Source: Bacteroidota bacterium
GTDB taxonomy: Bacteria > Bacteroidota > Bacteroidia > Chitinophagales > JADIYW01
Assembly (NCBI GenBank): GCA_039797705.1
Contig: JBDKHK010000152.1
Location: forward strand, 4,892-68,891
Length of the DNA: 64,000 bases
Direction: 5' to 3'
Each line of letters starts with the position of its first letter. Positions within the stretch are counted from its first letter, which is position 1. The notes below the pieces were generated by a model that was given only the letters and a program-made list of their open reading frames with translations, was not told the DNA's origin and made no database searches. A program made the translations under genes and the position numbers. Below are positions 7,642 to 19,675 of the stretch, piece by piece.

Positions 7642-9653
7642 AATCTTATCAATAAAACTTCAGCCAGTAAAAATAGCAAAGACAAAATTACGCAAAGTTT
7701 CCATAATAAAACGCCTTCTTTTAGTTGTTTTATGGCTGCAGATAGGTTTACATTCGTATTATCTAGGATAATTTGATTTTTTTGATTAAATAATTTCTTT
7801 AAATCTTCTTTAGTTGCAAATTTTAATTGAGATTCTGTTCTGTCAAAATTAAAGGCAACTATTCCTGCAGATTTATTTTGCGCCATAATTGTGTAAAATC
7901 CATCCACTGGCAAAGTGGTGTTTACTCGCAATAAAACTGTATTTCCTATTGTACGATTTTCGGGAATAAATTCATTTTTTCCATTGGAAAGTTTATATAC
8001 ATTTTCGCCTATAGTATTTCCGCCCTCCAATTCTATCAAATTATCTTTGCCAATCGTACAATATAAAGGTTGATTATTCTTTTTATAAACTGCCATATTA
8101 TAGACCATTGGAGCATAAAGTGCTTTGGCTTGAAGGTCAGAAAAATCTACATTAAGTGGCACTGCTTGTAAATAAATATATCCTTTCCCTACATCAAATT
8201 TTGCAATTAGAGGAGCGCCTATATTGGTAGATAATATTTCTCTGACATTCGTATTGCTATTGGATAATATTGGGTAATATTTTTTAATTTTTGGTGTTTC
8301 TACATTTTTGGGAAGATGTTCAAATACTCCTTTAAAAACATTTTCATTCAAATTGATATTCGTTACTTCGCCTTGTTTTACTTGTATTGTAGCATAAGTT
8401 CCTGCATTATTATTGGACAAAAAAGAATTATAAGAATTTATGTTTGCATTAGCAGAAGGGATAATGTAAATATTTCCTCCTTGATTAATATACTCTTTTA
8501 AAGAAGCTGCCAAACCGGAACTAATTTCTTGTAATTGGTTTAAAACAATCAACGAATATTTCTTGAAAGAAGAATAATCTAATTGCCCTTTATTGGATTT
8601 ATCTAAAATGAAATAGGTGTCGTTTGCAAAAATTGATTGTATATTATTGGGTGTTTCATTTTCTTCAATAGATAATATTTTTTCCTGATTCGACACATTG
8701 AAAGCAAAATAAAAATGGTCGTCAAACGTAATCGGATAATCGTTAAAAGAAATTTCTCCACGCTGCCAGCCGGATTGTAAGGTGGAAAAATTAAATGTGT
8801 CGATAATACTGCTGGATGCTGGAATTGTTACATCATCAATAGCTTTAATGGCATCATTTATTTTTACAGAGACACGTATTTTATCTGCCTGAGTAGTGCC
8901 CGAATTATTAATTCTTACCATCAATTTATTGCCTGAATTTACAGCAAATACAGGCTGTTCAAACCAACAGGAATCTACAAATAGATTTTTTTCGGGAGCA
9001 CCTTGTATGGGCAAAAAATATTCTGTAAAGGTGGTATCTGTTACCGTTGGTGTTAACGTATTTTTTTGAAAATCTGAAATAAAAAATCCAAGTTTATTAT
9101 TGGCTCCTATGGTTTGAAATAAAGTACTTTGTTTGGATGTAATATCTTTTACCGTTTTTACTACTGATGATAATTCAATTTTATCTACTGCGTCTAAAAA
9201 ATCTTGTGATTGCATCCATCGCTGATGTACACCGTCAAAATCATTGGTAAGTAGTGCAAATTTATCACCGCTTGTAAATGCATTTGCAATTTCTTTTGCT
9301 TTTGTTTTTGCCATAGAAAGTGCTGCTTCGCCTCCACTTTTTAATCCCATAGAATAGGAATTATCAATATACACAGCTATTGCCGAAGTACCTTTGTTTA
9401 ATTTATTTTTATTACCGCCAATAAATGGTTGAACAAATGCCATTATTAAAAAGAATAGTGCTAAAAGACGAGTGACTAGAATTAGTCTTTTTTTGAGTTT
9501 CTCAATAGTGGATTTTTCTTCTTGTACTTGTTTTAAAAATCGAATATCGGAGAAGTAAATTTTTTTAAAACGACGGAAATAAAATAGATGAATAATGACA
9601 GGAATTGCCAGCGTAAATAATACTAATAAAAACCACGGGAATACAAGGCTCAT
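7632..9653 (-). CDS. BatA-like membrane protein with N-terminal double-TM anchor and vWA/MIDAS domain
   Basis: The ORF track gives 7632..9680. I prefer the Met at 9653 (MSLVFPWFLLVLFTLAIPVIIHLFYFRRFK = BatA-type N-terminal double-TM domain). It has a MIDAS DxSxS motif (YIDNSYSM) and a C-terminal TM helix. It overlaps the next gene by 10 nt. Confidence 0.75.
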   Translation of the reverse strand: MSLVFPWFLLVLFTLAIPVIIHLFYFRRFKKIYFSDIRFLKQVQEEKSTIEKLKKRLILVTRLLALFFLIMAFVQPFIGGNKNKLNKGTSAIAVYIDNSYSMGLKSGGEAALSMAKTKAKEIANAFTSGDKFALLTNDFDGVHQRWMQSQDFLDAVDKIELSSVVKTVKDITSKQSTLFQTIGANNKLGFFISDFQKNTLTPTVTDTTFTEYFLPIQGAPEKNLFVDSCWFEQPVFAVNSGNKLMVRINNSGTTQADKIRVSVKINDAIKAIDDVTIPASSSIIDTFNFSTLQSGWQRGEISFNDYPITFDDHFYFAFNVSNQEKILSIEENETPNNIQSIFANDTYFILDKSNKGQLDYSSFKKYSLIVLNQLQEISSGLAASLKEYINQGGNIYIIPSANANINSYNSFLSNNNAGTYATIQVKQGEVTNINLNENVFKGVFEHLPKNVETPKIKKYYPILSNSNTNVREILSTNIGAPLIAKFDVGKGYIYLQAVPLNVDFSDLQAKALYAPMVYNMAVYKKNNQPLYCTIGKDNLIELEGGNTIGENVYKLSNGKNEFIPENRTIGNTVLLRVNTTLPVDGFYTIMAQNKSAGIVAFNFDRTESQLKFATKEDLKKLFNQKNQIILDNTNVNLSAAIKQLKEGVLLWKLCVILSLLFLLAEVLLIRFWK

Positions 9654-9744
9654 CTTATGGGTAAAGATACATATTTGCAATAAGTTATTCGTTAATAGTT
9701 AACAGTTTTTAACCGAAAGGGAAATATACAATACTTAATTTATA

Positions 9745-9779
9745 AAAAAATCCGTTCGCTATGGAACGGATTTTTTTTA
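9745..9779 (-). terminator. Rho-independent terminator downstream of gyrB
   Basis: The stem tccgttc (9751-9757) pairs with gaacgga (9764-9770). It is flanked by an A-run on the left and a T-run on the right, so a U-tract follows the hairpin on the minus strand (and on the plus strand too). Confidence 0.7.
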
Positions 9780-9798
9780 TTTATAATTTTGCATTTTC

Positions 9799-11793
<1,995 letters not shown>

Positions 11794-11838
11794 TTAATAA
11801 GATTTTGTTGTTATTTTTAATAGAAAAAATTAACCTTA

Positions 11839-11846
11839 CAAAGATA
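11839..11846 (-). promoter_or_regulatory. Candidate Bacteroidota -7 promoter box (TAtcTTTG) upstream of gyrB
   Basis: Forward caaagata reads tatctttg on the minus strand, an exact match to TAnnTTTG, ~70 nt upstream of the gyrB ATG. No good -33 TTTG lies at proper spacing, and the motif is expected fairly often by chance in AT-rich DNA. Confidence 0.25.
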
Positions 11847-11961
11847 TAAAAATGCTATGTGAAAACAGGAAAAACGCAAGCTTGTTTATCCACATTTTAC
11901 GTTAATAAAACATAATATAAAGAGTTAATAAATCTCTCAAAAGTATTTGATTTTTAATACT

Positions 11962-13272
11962 TTACAATCGTACAATGTCTGCACCTAAATCTTGCAGTCG
12001 TTTATCAATATATTGATAACCTCTATCTATTTGGTGGATATTGGAAATGGTGCTTTTCCCTTCTGCAGAAAGTGCGGCAATTAACAATGCCACTCCTGCT
12101 CTAATATCGGGTGAACTCATATTGATACCTCGCAAATTATATTCGCGATTAATACCTATAACCGTGGCTCGATGAGGGTCGCACAAAATAATTTTTGCTC
12201 CCATATCAATTAATTTATCTACAAAAAACAAGCGACTCTCAAACATTTTTTGATGAATCAGTACGCTACCACTTGCTTGTGTGGCAGTAACCAGCATGAT
12301 ACTTAATAAATCTGGTGTAAACAAGGGCCAAGGGCCGTCTGAGATGGTTAGAATAGAACCATCGATGAATGTTTTAATTTCATATTTCTCTTGTGCTGGA
12401 ATATGAATATCGTCTCCAATTAATTCTAATTGAATCCCTAATTTTTTAAAAAAAGTAGGGATAAGTCCCAACATATCCAAACGCACATCTTTGATAATGA
12501 TATCCGATTTTGTCATAGCTGCTAATCCAATAAAACTGCCAATCTCAATCATATCGGGCAATAAACGATGAGTAGTGCCTCCGAGTTTTTTTACCCCTTC
12601 AATTTTCAATAAATTAGAACCAATTCCTGAAATTTTTGCACCCATTCGGTTGAGCATATCGCACAGTTGCTGCAAGTAAGGCTCGCAGGCGGCATTAAAA
12701 ATAGTGGTTTCGCCTTCTGCTAAAACTGCTGCCATTACAATGTTTGCTGTTCCTGTTACGGATGGCTCTTCTAATAAAATTGATTTGCCAATAAGTTTTT
12801 TTGTAGTAAGGGAATAGAATGATTTTTCGATGTCAAAATGAAAGGAAGCACCTAATTCTACAAAACCAAGAAAATGTGTATCCAAACGCCGACGTCCTAT
12901 TTTGTCGCCACCTGGTGTAGGCAAATAGGCTTTGTGAAAGCGGGCTAAAAGTGGCCCTAAAATCATTACAGAACCCCGCAAATTGCCTGCACGTTTTTTA
13001 AAATTTTCTGTCAATAGAATATCTGGATCTACCGCATTTGCATTGAAGGTATAAGTATCGTAATTTTGTTTTGTCACTTTTACACCCATTTCTGCAAGCA
13101 ACTCTATCAATACATTTACATCTAATATATTGGGAATATTAGAGATAGTAATATCTTCATCCGATAGCAACACGGCAGAAAGTATTTGCAGTGCTTCGTT
13201 TTTAGCCCCTTGCGGAGTGATAGTTCCTTTGAGCGGTTTTCCGCCTATTACTTCAAAAGCATCTAAACTCAT
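11962..13272 (-). CDS. murA: UDP-N-acetylglucosamine 1-carboxyvinyltransferase (Asp at the Cys115-equivalent position)
   Basis: 436 aa. Starts MSLDAFEVIGGKPLKGTITPQGAKNEALQILSA. The active-site loop is LPTPGGDKIGRRRLDTH, and the C-terminus is IDRGYQYIDKRLQDLGADI. Confidence 0.95.
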   Translation of the reverse strand: MSLDAFEVIGGKPLKGTITPQGAKNEALQILSAVLLSDEDITISNIPNILDVNVLIELLAEMGVKVTKQNYDTYTFNANAVDPDILLTENFKKRAGNLRGSVMILGPLLARFHKAYLPTPGGDKIGRRRLDTHFLGFVELGASFHFDIEKSFYSLTTKKLIGKSILLEEPSVTGTANIVMAAVLAEGETTIFNAACEPYLQQLCDMLNRMGAKISGIGSNLLKIEGVKKLGGTTHRLLPDMIEIGSFIGLAAMTKSDIIIKDVRLDMLGLIPTFFKKLGIQLELIGDDIHIPAQEKYEIKTFIDGSILTISDGPWPLFTPDLLSIMLVTATQASGSVLIHQKMFESRLFFVDKLIDMGAKIILCDPHRATVIGINREYNLRGINMSSPDIRAGVALLIAALSAEGKSTISNIHQIDRGYQYIDKRLQDLGADIVRL

Positions 13273-13283
13273 GATGTATTTTA

Positions 13284-13961
13284 TTATTTATAACGATTTC
13301 TGTTATTGTTATTATTTGGAAAATTATTACGACTGCGATTATTCTTGTTAAATTTATTTTTATTTCGGTTGTTATTGTTGTTATTCTGAGAGAATCTTCG
13401 CTGTTGTTTTTGTTGATTTCTTGTCATGTTTTCAATATTCATCTCTTCACTTATTTCTAACTCACCGCCTGATATTGATTTCATATCTTCTTTTATCAGC
13501 TCATTGCTAACTTCTTCATTGCTCCAGTTTTTATAGGCTAATTTCATAAAATTGCCAATAATTTCTGTAAAGGCTTCTTTCTTACCTTCATCCGTCATTC
13601 CTATTGCTTTCTTCACTAAAGATTCTACATTTCTACCATAATGTTTTAGCTTGATGCGCTTTTGTGGATAAGGTAAAAAAGAAGGTTTTATTCTTGCAGT
13701 AGCTTCTGTAGGAATTGGATAAGGTGAATCTACGTCCAATTCGAACTTAGAAATAATAAATAGATGATCCCATAATTTTTGCTTGTAATCTGCAGTACTT
13801 CGCAATTGAGGGTTTAAGATTCCCATTAATTGAATAATGCTTTCTGCCGCTTTTTGTCGTTCTTTTCTATCTTCAATATTAATAGCATAATCTACCATTT
13901 TTTGTACATGCCGACCGTATTCGCGCATTTCTATACTATTTCTATCAGTGTTATAATTCAT
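13284..13961 (-). CDS. DUF4290-like protein with Asn/Arg/Lys-rich C-terminal tail
   Basis: 225 aa. It lies directly upstream of murA, as I recall for DUF4290 genes in Bacteroidota. The tail reads QQKQQRRFSQNNNNNNRNKNKFNKNNRSRNNFPNNNNNRNRYK. Confidence 0.6.
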   Translation of the reverse strand: MNYNTDRNSIEMREYGRHVQKMVDYAINIEDRKERQKAAESIIQLMGILNPQLRSTADYKQKLWDHLFIISKFELDVDSPYPIPTEATARIKPSFLPYPQKRIKLKHYGRNVESLVKKAIGMTDEGKKEAFTEIIGNFMKLAYKNWSNEEVSNELIKEDMKSISGGELEISEEMNIENMTRNQQKQQRRFSQNNNNNNRNKNKFNKNNRSRNNFPNNNNNRNRYK

Positions 13962-14190
13962 ATTATATTTAAATTGTAATAATTAAAAAACTTTATTGTT
14001 TTAAAAATAAGAAAATTGGGAAAATTGAGAAAATAGCATGCGTCAATGAAGTTGAAAATATTGAGAACACACTTGCGAAGTCGGGACAAAAATAATAAAA
14101 TTAATTGATATGAAGTATTTAGAGGCTGTTTTTAATAGAAAATATTAAGAAAGGTTAATAAAAATCTGAGCGGTGTATTGTTGTTCTATG

Positions 14191-14198
14191 TATTTTTG
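14191..14198 (+). promoter_or_regulatory. Candidate -7 promoter box (TAttTTTG) for the OmpA-family gene
   Basis: Exact TAnnTTTG match 31 nt upstream of the ATG at 14229. The -33 element is not convincing. Confidence 0.3.
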
Positions 14199-14228
14199 CA
14201 GCGTATTATTTATAAAAATATTTAAAAA

Positions 14229-16610
14229 ATGAGAAAAAAATTTGGACTTGCTGTCCTGCTATGTATTAGCATTATATCGGCAAAAGCTCAATTCTTAGGA
14301 ATTAGGGCAAGTAACTTTGGAGGAGTTACAAATGTAAATTACAATCCTGCTATTGCAGACAGTCGTTATTTAGTAGATATTAATTTATTTACACAAGATG
14401 TTACCACTTCCAATAGTTATATTGGATTAAAAGGAAAGTTATTAAACTTCAAAAATGGCTGGGACAAAGATCAGAACTTATGGGAGCACTTGAATGGTAA
14501 AAACAAATTTGGATATGCCAGCACTACCACTCAACTTCCTTTGTCTTTTTTAGTAGGATTTGGAAAGAACAAGAGCAATAAAAATGCAATTGCACTAACT
14601 GGTCATATCAACAGCGTAATTAATGTAGATAATTTAGGAGAGCCTTTGGCTCGCAACATCAGATGGGGCTGGGGAAATGATGCCTTCAATAAAATTGGAG
14701 ATTTCAGAAATCAACCACATACTATTAACAACATGGGCATCAAAGGTATGGCTTGGGCTGATTTGGGCGTTACCTATTCAAGAGTGGTATTAGATAAAGA
14801 AAAACATTTCTTAAAAGTAGGTGCTACTCTAAAAGTAGTGAAAGGCATTGGTGCTATTTATGCTTATTCAGATAAGTTTAATTACAGATTTGATAATTTA
14901 GATACTATCCACATTACAGATACTAAAATATATACTGGTGCATCTAAAAATTTAGATTATTTCTTGCCATCTAAAAATTATGATGCAAAAGAATTCTGGA
15001 CAAAAGACATGTTATCTAATAAAATTTCTAATTGGTCTGCAGCAGCAGATATCGCTGTAGTCTATGAATTCAGAAGAGATAAAGACAAGTACAAATACAA
15101 TATGGATTGTAAAGATTTATACTATAATGAAAGAGATAAACATTTAGTACAATTTGGATTCTCAGTAACAAATATTGGTCGTTTGCGTTTCACTAAATCT
15201 GACTCTACTAGAGATTACTATATGAAGGATGTGAAATCGGATGAACCATTCAATCAAAATACCATGTTCTATGATTGGAAAAACATGGGAACTACCATCA
15301 ATAACAACAGTACGTTTAAAATGTGGTTACCCACTACCATCAATACATGGATAGATGTTAATATCATCAAAGGATTTGGAGTAAATATTGCAGCCCAAAT
15401 CAATCCAATTCCTCAAAAAGGAAATAATGTTCATCACTTAACTACTGTTGCAGTAACCCCAAGATATGATTACAAATGGGCTGGCGTATATATGCCAGTT
15501 GCTGTCGATCAATTAGCAAATGCACAATGGGGTCTTGGCTTTAGAGCTGGTCCGTTGTATTTAGCTTCTCAAGATATTTTCTCTTCATTAATAAAAATGA
15601 AAAAAGGAAATGCGAGAGATATTAATGTACAGATAGGATTCAAAATCTCTATACCAAACATGAAAGCAAAAGACAAAGACAAAGACGGAGTATCTAATAA
15701 AATGGACTTATGCCCTAATCAGAAAGGAACTTGCGAAAGCAAAGGATGCCCAGATAGAGATGGAGATGGAATTTTAGACGCAGAAGACAGATGCCCAGAC
15801 ACACCAGGTAAAAAAGAATTACAAGGCTGCCCAGATAGAGATGGCGACGGAGTAATTGATATGGAAGACGATTGTCCAGATCAAGCAGGCTTGAAAGAAC
15901 TAAGAGGATGCCCGGACAGAGATGGTGATGGCATTCCGGATAAAGACGACAAATGTCCAGATGTAAAAGGATTAAAAGAATTTAATGGTTGCCCAGATAC
16001 TGATGGTGATGGTGTTCCTGATTATGAAGACAAATGTCCAACGGTAAAAGGAGACAAAGCCCATGCAGGCTGCCCAGATACTGATGGTGATGGCTTATAC
16101 GACCATGAAGATGAGTGTCCTACTGTAGCAGGACCAAAAGAAAACAAAGGTTGTCCTTATGCGGATACAGATGGTGACGGCGTTCCTGACAATATAGACA
16201 AGTGCCCAACGGTAAAAGGACCAAAAGAAAACAAAGGATGTCCTGTATTGGAAGAAAAAGTGAAAAAAGTATTATTGAAAGCTCAAAACATTCAATTTGA
16301 AACAGGTAAATCTGTAATAAAACCTGCTTCTTATGCTATTTTGAATGAAGTGGCTAAAATCTTAAAACAATATGATTACTACAACGTAGGTATAGACGGA
16401 CATACTGATAATGTAGGAAAAGAAGAACTAAACATGAAGCTTTCTCAAGACAGAGCGAAGGCCGCTTTAGATTACTTAATCGGACAAGGAGTAGATGCTA
16501 CCAGAATGAGTTCTCAAGGATTTGGAATATCAAAACCAATTGCTGACAATAAAACTGCGGCAGGTAGAGCATTAAACCGAAGAGTTGAATTCAACTTATC
16601 TATCAAATAA
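14229..16610 (+). CDS. OmpA-family outer membrane protein with thrombospondin type 3 (calcium-binding) repeats
   Basis: 793 aa with a signal peptide ([21 protein letters not shown]). The large N-terminal domain has beta-barrel-like alternating sequence. About 7 TSP3 repeats follow ([18 protein letters not shown]). The C-terminal OmpA peptidoglycan-binding domain includes [18 protein letters not shown] and NRRVEF. Confidence 0.9.
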   Translation: MRKKFGLAVLLCISIISAKAQFLGIRASNFGGVTNVNYNPAIADSRYLVDINLFTQDVTTSNSYIGLKGKLLNFKNGWDKDQNLWEHLNGKNKFGYASTTTQLPLSFLVGFGKNKSNKNAIALTGHINSVINVDNLGEPLARNIRWGWGNDAFNKIGDFRNQPHTINNMGIKGMAWADLGVTYSRVVLDKEKHFLKVGATLKVVKGIGAIYAYSDKFNYRFDNLDTIHITDTKIYTGASKNLDYFLPSKNYDAKEFWTKDMLSNKISNWSAAADIAVVYEFRRDKDKYKYNMDCKDLYYNERDKHLVQFGFSVTNIGRLRFTKSDSTRDYYMKDVKSDEPFNQNTMFYDWKNMGTTINNNSTFKMWLPTTINTWIDVNIIKGFGVNIAAQINPIPQKGNNVHHLTTVAVTPRYDYKWAGVYMPVAVDQLANAQWGLGFRAGPLYLASQDIFSSLIKMKKGNARDINVQIGFKISIPNMKAKDKDKDGVSNKMDLCPNQKGTCESKGCPDRDGDGILDAEDRCPDTPGKKELQGCPDRDGDGVIDMEDDCPDQAGLKELRGCPDRDGDGIPDKDDKCPDVKGLKEFNGCPDTDGDGVPDYEDKCPTVKGDKAHAGCPDTDGDGLYDHEDECPTVAGPKENKGCPYADTDGDGVPDNIDKCPTVKGPKENKGCPVLEEKVKKVLLKAQNIQFETGKSVIKPASYAILNEVAKILKQYDYYNVGIDGHTDNVGKEELNMKLSQDRAKAALDYLIGQGVDATRMSSQGFGISKPIADNKTAAGRALNRRVEFNLSIK
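15660..16250 (+). repeat. Tandem in-frame TSP3 repeats (about 69-72 nt unit, ~7 copies) inside the OmpA-family gene
   Basis: Protein-level repeats: [88 protein letters not shown] and [15 protein letters not shown]. Each is followed by xxxGxKExxGCP. Confidence 0.9.
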
Positions 16611-16631
16611 TCAACAGATAGAATAATACTC

Positions 16632-16664
16632 GCAGCGGCAGCCTTTGGCTGCCGCTGCTTTTTT
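16632..16664 (+). terminator. Rho-independent terminator of the OmpA-family gene
   Basis: A perfect GC-rich stem pairs gcagcggcagcc (16632-16643) with ggctgccgctgc (16647-16658), followed by tttttt. The lpxK stop codon (16663-16665) abuts it. Confidence 0.85.
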
Positions 16665-17742
16665 ATATCAAATCCGTTGATGCTATATTTTCTTCTTTGT
16701 AGAAATAATCTAAAAAACCCAGAATACTTTTTGAAAAATCCGAAGCTTCTTCTCCAATAATTTTAGTTTTAATAGGCACACCATACAAAGTAATATTGTG
16801 CTGAATAAACCAATCTTTGTGTAGCGCCAACCGCACCGCATCTTTTTCAGTAGTTATCCAATGTTGGATATTCGGATAATTTTTCATCATATTTTCTAAT
16901 TCATACAAAGTAAAATAATGATGATCGTTGTATTTATAATGAATAATTTCTTTACTTCCTTTTAGTAAAAAATCATTCAATGGTGCAGCATTGGCAATGC
17001 CGGTGAGTAATAATTGCGTGTCTTTTTTATTCAAAAACAATCTATCCATCGGTTGCAGAATATTATATGGAATACCATATTCTACTGTGCTAAAAAATAC
17101 ACGCTGTTGTTTTGTCGCTTTTATTTTTGCTTTTATTTCCTGTTGTTCCTTTTGCGAAATATCAGCAGGGCATTTTGTTACAACGATAATATTTGCCCTA
17201 TTTTTACTGGATGCAAACTCCCGCAAAGTCCCTATGGGCAAAATAACATCTTCATAAAAAGGCTTATTATATGTCGTTAATAAAATATTGACATCTGGTC
17301 GCACACTTTGATGTTGGAATGCATCATCCAATAAAATAACTTGTGTATCTGGATGTGTTGCTAATAAATGCGGAATAGCAATAACACGTTGTTCCCCTAC
17401 CGCTACATTTGCAGCAGGATATTTCAATTTTATCATCAAAGGTTCATCGCCGACTTGATTCGCGTTTGAGTATGGCAGCACTTCTACATATCCGGTAGTT
17501 TTACGTTTATATCCTCGACTTAATACGCCTGTTTTGTATTTTCCATGTAATAATTCAATCAATAATTCAATCATCGGCGTTTTTCCAGTGCCGCCCATGC
17601 TTAGGTTGCCTATGCTTATTATGGGAATTTCAAAATCAGTAGAGCCAATAAAATTGCTCTTGTACAACCAATTGCGCAAGCCAATTATCAAACCATAGAT
17701 AAAGGCAAAAGGAAATAATAGTATTTTTGTAAGTACGTTCAC
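16663..17742 (-). CDS. lpxK: Tetraacyldisaccharide 4'-kinase
   Basis: 359 aa with an N-terminal TM helix, then ISIGNLSMGGTGKTP (P-loop) and LSRGYKRK. Confidence 0.9.
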   Translation of the reverse strand: MNVLTKILLFPFAFIYGLIIGLRNWLYKSNFIGSTDFEIPIISIGNLSMGGTGKTPMIELLIELLHGKYKTGVLSRGYKRKTTGYVEVLPYSNANQVGDEPLMIKLKYPAANVAVGEQRVIAIPHLLATHPDTQVILLDDAFQHQSVRPDVNILLTTYNKPFYEDVILPIGTLREFASSKNRANIIVVTKCPADISQKEQQEIKAKIKATKQQRVFFSTVEYGIPYNILQPMDRLFLNKKDTQLLLTGIANAAPLNDFLLKGSKEIIHYKYNDHHYFTLYELENMMKNYPNIQHWITTEKDAVRLALHKDWFIQHNITLYGVPIKTKIIGEEASDFSKSILGFLDYFYKEENIASTDLI

Positions 17743-17754
17743 TAAAAAAATTAC

Positions 17755-18849
17755 ATGAAAATAACCGAAATAATTGAAACAATAGAAGAATTTGCACCAT
17801 TATCATACCAAGAGTCTTATGACAATGCAGGATTGTTGGTAGGTGACAGAATGGCAACTTGCACAGGTGTTTTACTATGTTTGGATGTCATTGAGGCGGT
17901 GGTAGAGGAAGCTATTCGCAAAAAATGCAATTTGATAATTGCGCATCATCCAATTATTTTTTCAGGATTAAAAAGCTTAACTGGAAAAAATTATATCGAA
18001 CGAACGGTATTAAAAGCCATAAAAAATGACATTGCCATTTATGCTTGTCATACCAATTTAGACAATGTTCGATTGGGCGTAAACAACATGATTGCCGATA
18101 AATTGGGATTGATAAATAGAAAAATTTTAGAGCCAAAAAAAAAGTTACTCAAGAAATTATATACGTATGTGCCCGAAAAAAACAAAGACGTATTATTGAA
18201 TGCATTATTTGAAGCAGGTGCAGGAAATATTGGCAATTACAGCGAATGTAGTTATAGTGTGTGTGGTACAGGAACGTATAAAGGCAATCATCAATCCCAT
18301 CCAACTATAGGAAAGAAAAACGTAAGAAGTACAGAATCGGAACAGAAGATAGAAGTTATTTTTCCATTTCATTTAGAGAAAAAAATATTGACTGCATTGT
18401 TCAAAAATCATCCGTATGAAGAAGTAGCGTATGAAATAATTACGCTGGATAATTACTATCAAGAAGTTGGCGCTGGCATGATTGGTGAATTAAAAACGCC
18501 GATGAAAGAGCAGGATTTTTTAGCATTATTGAAAGTTAAAATGAAGACTAAATGCATTCGACATACGACATTCAGAAAGAAAAAAATAAGTAAAATAGCC
18601 TTGTGCGGAGGCGCCGGAAGTTTTCTTTTGCCCAATGCCATCACACAGCAAGCAGATATATTCATAACGGGTGATTTTAAGCACCATCAATTCTTTGATG
18701 CTGATAATCAAATAATTATAGCAGATATTGGGCATTTTGAGAGTGAGCAATTTACGGTACAATTATTTAACAAAATAATTTCGATAAAATTTCCTACTTT
18801 TGCGGTTCAAATTTCGACAATTAACACTAATCCAATAAATTATATATAA
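17755..18849 (+). CDS. Nif3-like dinuclear metal centre protein (YbgI/GTP cyclohydrolase 1 type 2 family)
   Basis: 364 aa. Motifs: YDNAGLLVGD, NLIIAHHPIIF, IAIYACHTNLD and the C-terminal ITGDFKHHQFFDA. It diverges from lpxK with only a 12-bp gap. Confidence 0.85.
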   Translation: MKITEIIETIEEFAPLSYQESYDNAGLLVGDRMATCTGVLLCLDVIEAVVEEAIRKKCNLIIAHHPIIFSGLKSLTGKNYIERTVLKAIKNDIAIYACHTNLDNVRLGVNNMIADKLGLINRKILEPKKKLLKKLYTYVPEKNKDVLLNALFEAGAGNIGNYSECSYSVCGTGTYKGNHQSHPTIGKKNVRSTESEQKIEVIFPFHLEKKILTALFKNHPYEEVAYEIITLDNYYQEVGAGMIGELKTPMKEQDFLALLKVKMKTKCIRHTTFRKKKISKIALCGGAGSFLLPNAITQQADIFITGDFKHHQFFDADNQIIIADIGHFESEQFTVQLFNKIISIKFPTFAVQISTINTNPINYI

Positions 18850-19622
18850 TGGCACGTAAGAAAGAATTGACTAATATTTCAGATAAGTTAGAACAATTAG
18901 AACAATTACAAAGTATCTACTCTAAAATTGACGCCATCCGAATTTTAAAAGGAGAGTTACCAATCGAAGTAGCAGATTTAGAAGACGAGATTGAAGGAAC
19001 TAAAAAACGAGTAGGTAAAGTTCAAAGTGAGATAAGCGATGCACAGGAAGAAATTGAGCACAGAAAAACATTGATGAAAGAAGCTCAAACGCTTATTACA
19101 AAATACGATAAACAGCTTCACAACGTAAAAAACAATCGTGAGTTTGATGCTTTAAACAAAGAAATTGAATTGCAAAAATTAGAAATTCAATTAGCAGAGA
19201 AGAAAATTAAAGAAGCTAACTTTACTATCGAAAATCAACAAAAACAATTGGATGAAATCCAAAAACGACTAGATAGCAAAGAAAGAGATTTAGAGCAAAA
19301 GAAAGTCGAATTACAAAACATCATTAAAGATACAGAGAAAGAGGAAAAAGAACTTTCTGGAAAAGCTACAGAAATGGAGGTAGATATTGATGAAAGACTT
19401 TTAAATGCCTTTAAGCGTATCCGTAAATCATACAAAAACGGCTTGGCAGTAGTAAAAGTAAGCAGAGGTGCTTGCGGTGGTTGTTTTGGATATATTCCTC
19501 CACAAACACAATCAGAAATTCGCACTAAAAAAACAATCATGATTTGTGAGCACTGCGGAAGAATTATTGCCGACATTGATGATAGTGCTGTATTTATTTC
19601 AGACGAAGAAATGGCATCATAA
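18849..19622 (+). CDS. Coiled-coil protein with C-terminal C4 zinc ribbon (DUF164 type, usual Nif3 neighbour)
   Basis: 257 aa. A long heptad-rich region is followed by CGGCFGYIPPQ...CEHCGRI. The start overlaps the Nif3 stop by 1 nt. Confidence 0.8.
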   Translation: MARKKELTNISDKLEQLEQLQSIYSKIDAIRILKGELPIEVADLEDEIEGTKKRVGKVQSEISDAQEEIEHRKTLMKEAQTLITKYDKQLHNVKNNREFDALNKEIELQKLEIQLAEKKIKEANFTIENQQKQLDEIQKRLDSKERDLEQKKVELQNIIKDTEKEEKELSGKATEMEVDIDERLLNAFKRIRKSYKNGLAVVKVSRGACGGCFGYIPPQTQSEIRTKKTIMICEHCGRIIADIDDSAVFISDEEMAS

Positions 19623-19646
19623 TAAAAAAATTCCCCAATTTTAAAA

Positions 19647-19675
19647 AGGCTGTCAATTTTGATAGCCTTTTTTTA
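19647..19675 (+). terminator. Rho-independent terminator after the zinc-ribbon gene (possibly bidirectional)
   Basis: aggctgtca (19647-19655) pairs with tgatagcct (19660-19668) with one mismatch, then a T-run to 19675. An A-run lies upstream. The stop of the convergent kinase gene lies in the T-run. Confidence 0.6.

Noticed and set aside
15660-16250. Regularly spaced ~70-nt repeats that might superficially suggest a CRISPR-like array
   Set aside because: The repeats are in frame within a long ORF and encode thrombospondin type 3 calcium-binding repeats. There is no repeat-spacer structure and there are no cas genes.
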